This document shows positions 24,266 to 39,072 of a DNA stretch of 64,000 bases, in pieces. The DNA is from the human T2T-CHM13v2.0 reference genome, Homo sapiens. The notes under the pieces are model-generated. The model was not told the origin of the DNA, did not search any database, and saw nothing but the letters and a program-made list of their open reading frames with translations. The translations under genes were made by a program, and so were the position numbers. The DNA lies in assembly GCF_009914755.1 (NCBI RefSeq), contig NC_060927.1; one strand, written 5' to 3'. The number at the start of each line of letters is the position of its first letter. Position 1 is the stretch's first letter.

Positions 24266-26899
24266 CTGAAAGAAAAAGATTATAAAACACTGCATACTCT
24301 AAATAACCCAACTGGAGTGAGCTTAACCCACAGATATAAAAATCCCAGAAAGCATGAATGAAGCAAAAGTATTTTTACAATGGTTAATGACCAAAGTTGA
24401 GAAGATGCCTGTTTTCTTCAAAATGGAAAAATGTTACCGTGCAGGGAAGGTTCTGGTGGCAGTGAAACAGAAACGAAGTCAGTCACAGTTCATTTTGAAG
24501 TCTTCCTTGAGGAAGAGGAGGAGATAGCTAACATAATTAAACAATGAGGTAGAGCTCCCTCAAGTGGCTTTCAAAATAGAAAGTCAGTTTTTGCACAAAG
24601 TGGTTAGCTGCTGTTTGATATTCATGCTTAAAGTCCACTAACAGCAACAAAAAATATGTATCTTAGATAAAGTACAAAAGTGGCTACAAATTGGGGGAAA
24701 CAATAAGAAATGGAAAAATCTTGAATATGTAAGAAGATAACACAGTCTTATTCTAAATGGCACTTACCGTTGCTGGGGGGAGAAAATGAAGCAAAAGGAA
24801 TCAGCTAGTCATTAGAAGATACCACATGTAAAGTTAATGATAGTGCTTGTTACTTAGTAAATGATAGCTGTTGCCATTTTTGTCTTCTTTAGTGATGTGG
24901 CTTCCAGTATATTAGGTGTCAAGCATGCTTGACATAAGCATATGAAAACAAGACAAAAATGTCAGCTGAACAATAGGCCTACTCGTATATGCAGTGCCTG
25001 AAATCCAGTATATTTTTTAATGTTTGTGTTCTATTTTAGCAAAATTAAACAGTAGATTGGAAACTTGGTACCGTATTTCTCAGTGGGGAAAATATTAGGG
25101 TGATTTGTCTATTTGTTAGTACCAGATTTCTGCAACAAAATCTCATTCCACAAATAGTGTAAAGTACTTCAACTCAGTTTCCCCACAAACCTACCCAGGC
25201 CTACTCTCTCAATGAAAGGTTTTCCTACCACACTAAACCTTTCATACACACCAGTGTCTTTTTGTCAGGCAATGTAATTTCCTTGCATCTTATATAATGC
25301 TGGAAAAAAAATTATGATTCAGGCTAGAACTCTGCCTCAGAAGAAAGATGAAGAAACTGTTTTTTTTTTTTTTTTTTATTATGAGGTGGCCAAGCACCAC
25401 TTTACCATTAGTGGAGAAATAGGTTATATAAAATGAACAATCTCTTTTTATTGTTTTTGGGAATCATGTTTAACTTGCATGCCACATCTGTTCTTAGACT
25501 AGGCTGCTAAGTATTAGTGAAATTACAATTGTGAAAACTGGTACACTGAACAGAAACTTGACTCAGAACTTTTATGAGCTAAAAGGTAACATCCAAGGGA
25601 ATTTGAAAATATGGATTGTTTTCTTAAAGAAAAAAGGAAACTTTAAAAAGATTAGTGGTTGATAAGGTAGAGAAAGCCCACCACAATAGTGAACATTTTG
25701 CTTTTGCATGTGGTTTTTTTTGGGATTCAAATAGTAACATATGAGAAATTTCCAGCTGTAAATGAAACAAAATGTTTATCTTGAGGCTGAAGAAGGCACT
25801 TTGATTTAGCTCTGTGAAGGCCATGAACATTCAAAGCAGCCTTTAGTTTATAAATACTCTAATTAGTTACAGTACTACACCAAACAAAAAGGAGCTGGGA
25901 TTAAGGAAAGGAGAAGCTGAGAAGAGATGTGGTACTAATAAATCCACCATACTGTAAATACATTATTCACTGCTGCTCTAGTTTACTGAGGAATTTAGGC
26001 TGGGGTAATGTGGATTCCAGCTGCTAAAATTGGCACTTTTCTTTTTAACCGTGAAGTGATGATTTAATAAACTGTCATAGCAGACTTCCTAAGCAGGTGA
26101 AATCAGTGGAAAGGAAAGAAATAGAAATATTTACAGGAAAGTAATATGAATCATTCTCCTACTTGGTCAACTACAGCTCCAAGAAATTCAAGTTGTTTTT
26201 TCTTTTTTTCCTATGTGGCATTCCTCTGTATGTTAAATTGAACAAGAGCACGGTCCCTAAAACGTACATCTTTCATGCTGGGAGAAACTCATCAATGAAA
26301 ATAATGATGACAATTTTCTGAGAAAGCAGTTTTGATTTCTTTATAATAATATTTACTATTATTATAATTTTAGATTTAATTATATTAACCAACTTATACC
26401 ATTTATACTAACCAATCTGTCTTTTTGAATAAAGTGTGCCACTCCAAAGAAAAGCCAACACAAGTAGGAATGCACAATGTCTGTCATAGATAAACGTAAA
26501 TGAATGTGCATGAATGTTTTGATAGAGTTAGAAAATAATTAATGTGTTTGCTTTTGATAAAATTAGAATATGAAGTCTGCAATAAGGTTTACCCTGGCAA
26601 TAGGCTACAAAGAGACTGATTCTCTTAAAAAAGTAAGACATATAGACTACATACCATATTCTATTCCTTTAATCTATACTCTCTATTCCTTTATTCTAAC
26701 CTTGTACCATTAGGTCCAGTCTGAGTCTGAGAGGAAGCCCCGTTGGAGGCTACCTGCTGGCTTTCCCTGTGCTCTTGGGCCACCCTCCCTTCTATCTCAT
26801 TTGAGGCCTTTTACTTTCCATTATTTCTGTTATATTTTTCTCTATTTGTCCATGTTTTCATTTCTCCATGTTACTTCCCCTCTACCTACAAAACAGCTC

Positions 26900-28920
<2,021 letters not shown>

Positions 28921-29077
28921 GTGCATTTTTTTTTTTAGAGCAAATCTGGAAAAGATGGGCAATTCCCATGAACCAGCATTGTACTTTGCTAAGAAACATT
29001 TTAAAGACTCAAATTGACCTCTCCCAAAAGTCTCTAATTCTTTTCCAGGGAAATGTAAAACATTATTTAAAAATCTA

Positions 29078-29222
29078 GGCCAGGCATGGTGGCTTACACC
29101 TGTAGTCCCAGCTACTTGGGAGGCTGAGGCAGGAGGATCACTTCAGCCCAGGGGATCGAGGCTGCAGTGAGCTATGATTGCATCATTACACTCCAGCCTG
29201 GGCAACAGAGTGATATCCTGTC

Positions 29223-29259
<37 letters not shown>

Positions 29260-29260
29260 A
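29078..29260 (+). mobile_element. Alu monomer (FLAM-like)
   Basis: ggccaggcatggtggc...gcaacagagtga followed by an A tail. Confidence 0.9.
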
Positions 29261-32200
29261 GATCTAAAGAATTAATTTATTAATCACATCAATGGCATAT
29301 ATAAGCTTAAAGAGATTTTGAGGCAAAGAGGAAGGCACTGAGTCACTAAAACTTGAGGGAAAAGCATACTGATATTTAATATATCATCAGGCAAATAAGC
29401 AAATTGCTGAAAACTCCTGATTTGAATTCTCATATTTGAGAAGACATCCATCTTGCCTCTAGGAAAATTGTTTGAAAAAAAGAAACTATTTTAACAAAGA
29501 ATAAAATTACATAGTACATCCTTAAGGGGAAAAATAAGAAGCTTTAGGAAAAAATGGCAAAATGTGGAGAAGATGATAATGAAACATTGTAGAATTGTAA
29601 TGATAACAGTATGATCTTAAGGAGGCAGTTCTCTACCCTGCTCATCCCAACTCCTATTTTGACAAAAAGTATAAATGGAAATAATTGTTAACTATTGTTA
29701 TCTTGGCTTGCTCAATTCTAAACGTATTGTCTTCTAAGACTATATCAGAAAAAATACATTTATTAGGTGAATGTCCAATCAGGTTTCTCCCTAATAAAAA
29801 TCTGGCAATATTTTAAAGTATGTAATCCAAGCAAATGATTGCTTTATGAACTGTATCATTTTAAACAATAAGGCTCAATTTTTAAGAAATATTTAGAATT
29901 AAACACTTATTTTTAATTAGTTCACAAAAAACTCCCCTTAAAACCAGTTTAACTGAAAACATAAAACTAACTACAGAAATCCTGAAGAGTGTGACTACAC
30001 ATAAGAATTTTCCAAAGGGAAGAGACACGTAGAACATTCATGAGGATTTGGATAGCTTGCTGAAATCTAGATTTACTTCCTGGTTTGCTCCTGATGACTG
30101 AAACCTATCCCAATGCCTGGGGGTCAGAAGGTTGACCACAAAGCCAAGACAGCTCTTGGTGTAGAAAGGAACTCATAAGGAAGACAGAACTCTGTTAAGC
30201 CAGGAACCTCCTGTTTAGACTCCAAGTTAAATATTATCTGAATTCTAAATCATTCTTCCAAGGTAGATGTGGAGAAAAGCCACTTTCATTTTGGTGTGGA
30301 CATGGAGTGTGGGCCCGATTTGTCAAGATTCCTCATTAAATGTAATAGATAATTCAACTGAGTGGCTGGAAGGTTTTTTCTAAAGGCCTCACCGGATGAA
30401 GCTGGTGTTATGCCTAGGAATCTATAGAATGGAAGTGCTGTACAATGAATCTGAGACTGACTTCCTCTTTGATACAGGTCAAGAAATTGAAGTTTGTTAC
30501 TTCTGATCTCTCTCAGAATACATTTTGAGATAAATGTCACAATAAAACATAACTGTCCTGACCTCAGCACTACCTTTTACATTTTTAGACTTTTACAGAA
30601 GAGTTTATTTCTCCAGGATACTAATATACATTAAACTACACATGTCATTTACCCTCTGTTTTTTGAAGTATAACCCACAGGACCTGGTAAACAAAGTATT
30701 GGGTTCATTAGGGTGTGAATTTGAGCCTACATAAAATCTAGAACTGTTTGAACACATCAGAATCCAATGTGTTTGAACACTTCTGAGAAAACTGAAATGT
30801 GGTAAGAGTTGCCTTATGATTATTCCTGGGGGTGCCACACCCCTGGGGCAAGGGAGAACCCTGATCATATGGCAGGGCCAACACCAGATTTAGGGACAGA
30901 AACTTAACTCTGAACATGTGGAGCTGGAGAGGTGACAGAAGACCACTAAGAGAGACCCTAGTTCTCCAGGAGGCAGTTCTCTTACTCTGCTCGTTCAAAC
31001 TCTGGATAAAAAGAATAAATAGGGATAGTTGTTAACTATTTGTGTTGTTACAGGGATCAAGATCACGGGTTAGAGTTTGTATGAAAAGCAAGGTGTTGGT
31101 AGAATTAAGGCAAGTTTTTTTTTTTTTTTTCTGCCAAAAGTGGTCCGCTCTTTATAACTTAGCTGTGGGAGAACTTTTGAAGAATGTGGTTCAAGAGAAG
31201 GACTAGCTAACAGAGAAGATTTTAAAATATATACCTTAAAAATAATTTTATGATAGTAAATTCCAAAGGTATATGAAAATAGAAAAATAGTAGAATGAAT
31301 TCTTAGGTACTCACCACCTGGCTTCAATAATGGCCAACTCATGCCCAGTAGGGCAAATATTAAATATTAAAAGAGGAAAAAACTTAACTATTCAATATAT
31401 TGATGTAATGAGATTATACTAATATTATTTTTTATACTGAAGAGGAAAAGTAAATAAAGTCACTCAAATCTACTGTTATCTATAACAAATTAATTTCCAC
31501 AATTGAAAATAAGCTGATCTTTTGCAAGTGAGATGAGGTTTTTTTCTTACTTCCTGTTTATAATATTGGCTATTGTGTTTGGTGGTACAAATTTACATTC
31601 TAGACTTCAGGGCAAAGGAGATTCTCTCTAGCCTGCTACCACCACCACCAAAGTGACTATACCACAGCAGCAATAATAGCCTTTGCTTATACAATCTGGA
31701 AAACATTATAGGAAGTGAATTCAGGCTTGCTTCCAAAATGCTATCATTTTAAACTATAGCTTAGAAATTCTTTGGCTCTGGAAATGTTCTATATGATTTT
31801 AGGAGCAGTTAGGAATTTATAATAATTGTACCTTTAAAAGGAAAGAGAAAAAACTCACAGTATTTCCCAGATTCTCTAGTTAAAAATGAGCTTGGCTTTT
31901 TAGAGAAAGTTGTTCAGTTACCAGCGGCTTCCTAAGGCCACTTGAAGACTTCATGTAAATAGTGGTGGTAATACCCATGAAGATACTCCACAAACATGAG
32001 ATTACCTTCCCCATATGTGAACAAAAGGCCTTCTCAGATGATTGGCAAAAAACAGATTTGTAGCTAAAGAAACCATTGTGTGTGTGTGAAAGAAATTTCT
32101 TAACCCAAGATATGTCTCCATCAATTTGTAAAATAGAATAGTGACAGGGAAAAAACTCAATGTGGACATAGTACAATTTATGTATCCAAGTAAATGGCTA

Positions 32201-32586
32201 AACATCATTGCCTCCATTTGTAAAAACACTAATTTATCATTTGTGGGGGAGAACAAAAGTCTTTATCTTTGTGTTTAGTGAAATATTTGAGCATAGCGTA
32301 GAATTGGCAGCATTTTTTGTAAGTCAGGGAATAAGAGAACTTTAGTTCTAGGAAAGACATTCTACCCTTGGCATAATTCTCTGCCTTTTGACTGTGATCA
32401 CAGCTTTACTAGATGAACCAGTGGGCACTCTTATGAAACTTCTGAAATTATCATACCACATATGATACAACATGGGATTTAAACATAAGTGAAATATTGA
32501 CCTCACTTCCACCAAGTCTCATGTTTCACTGAAGCAGAGTGGGACAGTAGAATGCATTTGGCTTAAACATGAAATAAAGCATTTAC

Positions 32587-32661
32587 CAGGTGTGGTGTAT
32601 GACACTTCTGGACTTGGTGACGTTTTTGGTTTTGCAGTAACACGCTGGGGCACCTTAGGAA
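32587..32661 (-). CDS. ABI3BP: ABI3BP exon, A-type (VPKVPQRVTAKPKTSPSPEVSYTTP)
   Basis: ctctctttcag|TT CCT...CCT G|gtaaat; 75 nt. Confidence 0.93.
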
Positions 32662-35600
32662 CTGAAAGAGAGAACTCATATTGTAAGTCATTTGGTTTCA
32701 GCATCTTCCAGTCATGCTTAAAACATAAGACATGTCAAGGTGTAGCCTGAACACTGATAAAACAAAGCATTAGAGAGAAGACAGAAGAAGGAGTTAGAAA
32801 GAAGACCTAACCTTAAGCTCTAGAAATAGGTTAGTTAGAATTCCAGATAATTATATAATAGTGAAATCCGAGAAACTGCAAAATTTCAAATTACAAAGCG
32901 TCAGAGTAAGATGACAACTTTTTAGAAATCTTTATTTCAGAGGAGATGACAATGGAATGAATGTAAGAGAGCTTTTCTTTACTGGATATGTTTGCTTGAC
33001 TTCTCCTTAAACCCATTTTTATGTCTTTCCTTAAAGACAAAGTAGGTAAAGACGGTGAGGTCAGGGTGGAATCCTATGGAACATGGATATGCTTGAAGTC
33101 CTCTTGGGCAACAGCAGAGTGGTAAGTGGACAATGCAATGGAATGTGTTGGTTCACATCTTACCCGCCCTGCATTTCTCTGGCTCCAGAGAAACCTTCAA
33201 ATGAATTTGCTGACAACTAAAATTAGATTTCCACAACTGTTCCTTGGGAATAATAAGGTACTAATATAATAGACACCAGGAAAATAAGTCTAACAATTAT
33301 AGTGTATTCTATGATTTCAAAAATGCCTTTATAAAGTTTACACCCTTTGAGTCTCACCATAATGTTGGGAGGAAGGAATTACTAGCTCCTCTTTAAAGCT
33401 GAGGAAACAGAGATTCGGGTGTGTGACATAATCTGCTTGAGGTTATGGTTATTAAGTACCAGAGTCAGGACTTGAACCAAATGCTGAGGATCAAACATTA
33501 TCAACAGGTCTAAACACTTGGGATCTCTATATCCCAGTTCTGCAGGTCAGATTTTAAGTTGCTTCTCATTTTTTAAGGTGAAACAATAAACCTGCCCTAA
33601 CTCAAGATATGGTTATAAGAATCCAATGTGAAATGTCAAAATGATGTGAAAATTATACTATTATAAATTTTTTTTCCACTTCTCAAGGAGCTTCACAAAT
33701 TTGGTTTTGAAGAATCTGAGTATATTCTGATTTTCACATTGTTTGCCCATGTGAAATCTAGGAGCACCCATAATTTTGAGTTATAAAAAATTCTAGGTAT
33801 ACAATTAATAATATTGCTATTACCTATACACACTGGGATCTAAGAAGTCAAACTTTATTGACTTATAAAATATTCCTTATGCTTTCTTTCAGATTTTAGA
33901 TCCCATTTTGCCTTTGAATGCCAAACATAGATTTAAGCGTTGCCAATTTATAAACACACTTTCAGTAAAACTAACAATAAAAGTTACATGCCAAATTACA
34001 GAATCTTATTCTGTGAAAGGTGGTGGATGAACAAAATTTGTTGCGCTTTAAGTTGTAAATACTATTGTTAGATGATATTACAGCCCAACAACAATAGTTT
34101 GTATTGGTATCATGCATATAAACAGGACACTCTCCTGTCCAAATGACTTTTTGAAATTTGCAGGAACTAGTTAAGGATAAGGGAAGAAGTATTAGGATTC
34201 AACTATTTGTCTTTAAAATATTTTGTGATATATATGTGTACATATACACACCTCCTTGAAAGACTATAAAAATCCAGGATATTGCTGGAAACTATTACGT
34301 AAGAATCATATTCTTGTGGGATGAGGAGGTCCCAATTCTACCCACTTTTAAAAAGAATAAGTAGAATGCATTTTGTTTTTCATGACCAGTTTTCAAATTG
34401 TTCCCTTACATTAAGTAGCACTGACAAAGCCAGAAGTATCTGGTTTGCAGCTACTTTCCGCAAGAGATGCTGATGGACTGGAAGTTGCTTCAATCGGGAC
34501 ATCAGAAGGCTCTCTCATTACAGTCTGGCAGCCACTCCATGGTTTCAGAGTTAGAGAGTGGAACTCACTGAGGATGTGAATCTATCTATTCTGAAGAGCC
34601 TGTCTTGTCAAGAAAGGTTGGCTAAAAGTCTAAGTCAAAATGAAATAAATTTGAAACTTATAGTATAACAATGGAAAATTAGAGCAAGCTCCTGATTTAC
34701 TATACCGCATTTTAGTAAGTACAAAGTACAGCTCAAAAAGATAAAACTGCAAATAAATTTTTCCTATTACTTCATATCTCCTTTACCTTAAACATTTTTT
34801 ACTGACCATGATTCATGCCCAAGTCTCTTAATTTTTAGTATTTTTCATCTTTTATAGTTCAACATTCAAGTTTTCATGGTTTCTTCTCCCCATTTGTTTT
34901 CTACTTTTGTTCTATGCTTTATACTCAAATCCAAAGCTGAGAGCTTCTTCTCATATAATTTTGTCTGCTATTTTTAACGTTAGATTTTAGTTTCCTATTA
35001 TAATAACAAATTTAATATACTTGGTTTATTTAATAACTTGGTATATTCTTAAAACTTTGATGTTTTTATTCCTATTCATTATTATTCACTAATCATTATT
35101 TTCTCAGACTTTTAGTATGTTAATGTTTCAAATGTATTATTATTATTTAAAATTTCATATTATTTGGGGGAATATTGCCTTGGTACCTTCATATATTTAT
35201 TATCAGAATAAATTATTTTCATAGCTAAGTTTTAGTAATTAGAACATATTTAAAATTATGCTAAATAAGGCAGATTTAAAATCATAGAAAAAATTTAATG
35301 ATAGGTAAAATTTCCCTCAATTGATATTAGAGACCACACCTAAAACTACAGGGGTTTTCTTTTCCCCTGTAGCAAAACAAGAATGACAGTACCTAATGAC
35401 AGAGATTCTGAGGTATGAGTGAAATATTTGTGGTGGGAATCCAGAATCACTACCTGGATCAAACATAATGTGATGGTGCTAAACATTTTCCTTTCCCCAG
35501 ACTAGATTAGTGGTCGCGAAGCTTCCTTTGCCGGTATCCTGGGTGGGTGAACCTCAGACATTTGTTGTAGTCAGGCCATGTATTGAGAAAAATTTCAAAT

Positions 35601-35955
35601 TAGATGATTGGCAGAAGGAAGCACATTCAGGAATAGTGGAAGGGATAGGAGTGTAGTCTCAGGCCGGGGAAGGAAAACGAAGTAGGCAGGCTATTCTTTT
35701 TAAGCAATGCCATTCATGTCCATCTCATCTTCAATAACACAACATTAAGGGAAGCTTTGTGGAATAAGCTCTTCCAATGATGTACTTTTTTAGTAAGTCC
35801 AAAAAGAAATTTAAATATTTATTAGGTTACAGAGGAAGACTTGTTTTACAAGTGTTAAAGACTCAATCTGCTATCATAACTATTAATGAACAATTTGCTA
35901 GAATAACCCCACTAACCTCAAACTTTTCAAGCTAAAATGTAAAATATATATTTAC

Positions 35956-36030
35956 CTGGTTGTGTTTGTGGGATTCTTGGGCGTGGTGATGTTTTTGGCT
36001 TAGGAGGAGCACGTGGTGTCTGCTTGGGAG
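35956..36030 (-). CDS. ABI3BP: ABI3BP exon, A-type (APKQTPRAPPKPKTSPRPRIPQTQP)
   Basis: tttcttttag|CT CCC...CCA G|gtaaat; 75 nt. Confidence 0.93.
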
Positions 36031-38206
36031 CTAAAAGAAAGGATATAGGTTCGGAAATCTTGAGCCCTTCAAGAATGACAGTACCTAAGCCTCTAGAAGC
36101 TCAGGGATGTTTACTGAGTGATTGAAGACCTAAATACTCAACAATGAAGGCTTCTAAAGATCTGCAAAGTATAGGAAGGTAACTTTTTTATATAACAGAA
36201 AACAAAACAAAAAGTCACATTAAATGATATCTAAGATGTTCAGCTGGCAAAATGAAACTTGGGATTGCAGAAATATTGACATCAAATACCTTCTAAATAG
36301 TTTGAAAATAAATTCATAATTACAAGAATTCATCCTTATTATAAGTTCATATAATTTTATCAGAATATTTAGTTGTACTATTTTAAATGCAGACACATAT
36401 GTTTTCTAAATAAAAAACAAAGTTAACATGTTATAGCCCAAATATATAATGTATTTTAATAGCAAGTGCTAATGGAAAAATTAATCTTACTAAACAAAAC
36501 ACAATTTTATTGGTTATATAGGGGAAGAGAGGGAAGAGAAATTGAACACCAAGGATATTTTCTATGGAGAGTTATTCCTTTGCTGAGCAAATCCGAAAGA
36601 AATTCTAGGACAATCAGTGTAAAAACCAATTTTTTCTTCACCAAAAAAAATTGAAAAATCTATCCTGCTGAAGGAAAGGAATTATCAGATGCAAGGTTGC
36701 AGCTTATGGAAACACCTCATTTGGTTGAACTAAAACGTGTTTGGGATAAAGAAAGGTAAGAAGAAACATGGTCAACGTCATGTAGTTTCAGACACCTTAA
36801 GAAAAACTTGCTGAAAATAAGAGTTATTTGACACCAGAAGTTTCTGAAGGAGTCTGCAGAATCTTCTTCCTGATACTAAATGAAAAAATACAAGGTATAC
36901 AATGGTTTCAGTGGAATCTTCTTGCCTGTAGAGAGATGAATACTGATATATGTTGGAGATGACCTGGTTTAGAAGCCTGGAACCTGGGGATTTAGAGCTC
37001 CCTTTGCTAATCACTGGGTCTAAGGTCTCAGTTTCTTCATCAGAAGTTACACAATTTTAAAGAACCCTTCCAATCTTAAAATTCTGTCATTCCAGCATTT
37101 CTCACAGTTCGTGATTTTCTGATTCTCAACTACCCTACTTACTAAGGTTCTAACTGATATGCCACTTACTTTGCCAGAGGATAAGAAAGACCACCTGAAG
37201 GTTAGGCATGTCATAAAGCAATTCCATGAAAAATGATACACAATGAGATAAGAATCACTAATAGCAGTATTTGCAATGAGACATTCCAATGATATTAATT
37301 ATTATAGTTATTAAGAACAAAATTTGGAAAAGTTAGGTATAACTGACTGATTTCATTATTTTAGTCAATGTGGATTTCTTTTAGTTAAAAAACTGTAGGG
37401 TTTATAGGCAACATCTAGTAGGATATTCAGCAGACAATGAGTAAACTTAAAATCCATATCTCCCTTGGAAACAGAGTCATATAAAAATAGTTTAATGCCA
37501 ATCAAAACAGAAGTTTGGGCTTATTTATAACCTTCTATTACATTGAAACCTACAGCTATTAAGAGGACTTTTTAAAACAAGAAGCATATTTAGTTATTCA
37601 TGTTGATTATTTTTCAATCATTTCAAACTCCACTACTATGTAAAGCTTTGTGATAAGCCAAAATAATTGTTTTGATTTTTTTTATTTGTATGCAGTGAAA
37701 TGGCCAAAGCACTGCAGAAAGGAGTGGAAAGAAGAAAGATATCTGAATAACTACAAGGTGACTGGCCAGTACACCCCCTTTCATGTGGATTGCACAGTCA
37801 AACCTGTTTCTGGAGGTTTCTTTTAATGTCAAAAGCAAATCAGAAAGCTTAATATACTTTTTACATGATCATAGAACTTGTAAAACTAGTTGAGATGAAT
37901 TAGAATTAAAATCAGAATATATATATTTTAAAATAGAACAGAATATAAATGTTCTTCCCAGAAGCATTCCTATTCCCTGAATTAAACACTTGCAGAGTAG
38001 CTGAGAGGTATTTTTCAACCATATCCTAAAGAACAACACTGCCATTTGAGTAATTACCAATGATAGCAGGACATCAGACAGGTAGGATTACCCATCAAAG
38101 TCTGTGGGCAGAATGATGAAGTCAGGGCCTCTGATATCTTGAGGTGACCATACTGACATTCTGCAAACACTCACCTCATATATGACATACAAAATAATGT
38201 ATTTAC

Positions 38207-38272
38207 CAGGTTCAGTCTGAGGCTCATCTGGGCTGGGTAGGGTTATAGATTGAGAAGGCAGAGGCGACGTTT
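38207..38272 (-). CDS. ABI3BP: ABI3BP exon, truncated A-type (ETSPLPSQSITLPSPDEPQTEP)
   Basis: ttccttcaattaccatag|AA ACG...CCT G|gtaaat; 66 nt. Confidence 0.83.
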
Positions 38273-39024
38273 CTATGGTAATTGAAGGAAAGTACGCGGG
38301 TTACTATAGCACTTGACAGACCTTGAGTACAGATAACAGACAGGATGGTAACAAATAGATTTTTTTAAAATAAAGAAAATTGCAAGTCTGCAGCAAAACA
38401 GCATTCCTACTCCTTCATAATGCATTTGGTTAAAAAAAAATGGTTGCAGATGCAGCTTACAAAGTACTTCTAAAGTTCTCATTTCACATTAGAACTCTAC
38501 CTCCTCAACAATGCTACAAAGATATATTCAATAGGAATCATGAAGGGAAAAAGGAATTTTAAAAATATTATAGTATGAGTCATTTAAGCAGCACTGAATT
38601 TCACTTAAAGAATGGAGAAGAAAACCACAAATATAAATAACTGTGATGGGATAAGTGTTAATGGAAAGTATGTTGCTAGGTCAGAAAGTATAAATGGATC
38701 ATCGCACCAAAAAAGCATTATCTGAAACATTCAACACAATGCCAAGCTGGCAGGATGTACAGTGTTAGGAAGAAAATATTTTAGATTCAACAGTTCTGCT
38801 GACTTATGAAGAGAAAAAAAGCAAAGTCTTGTTACACAACTGAATGGGAGGAAGGACATTTTTGGACAATGGTTATGGATAGGAGCACCTTGAAAGAAAA
38901 GTAACTGCCATGGCGAAGAGTGACGGTGTAACATGAATTCACAATGAGAGAGACCCAGAGGTTCTCAGGCGATGGTGGCAATGAAGACAGAGAGCACCCA
39001 GGGTTGGGCTACCGAGGTTATTAC

Positions 39025-39072
39025 CTAGTGTGGTCTCAGGTGGTTCAGATACATATGTAATAGATTCCACAA
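39025..39072 (-). CDS. ABI3BP: ABI3BP exon, short B-type (VVESITYVSEPPETTL)
   Basis: ttttggtacag|TT GTG...CTA G|gtaata; 48 nt. Confidence 0.85.
   Translation of the reverse strand: MWNLLHMYLNHLRPH

Noticed and set aside
33164-33216. 53-nt AG..GTAAGA exon-like element (minus strand)
   Set aside because: Not 3n, early stop, no similarity to the array; indistinguishable from chance
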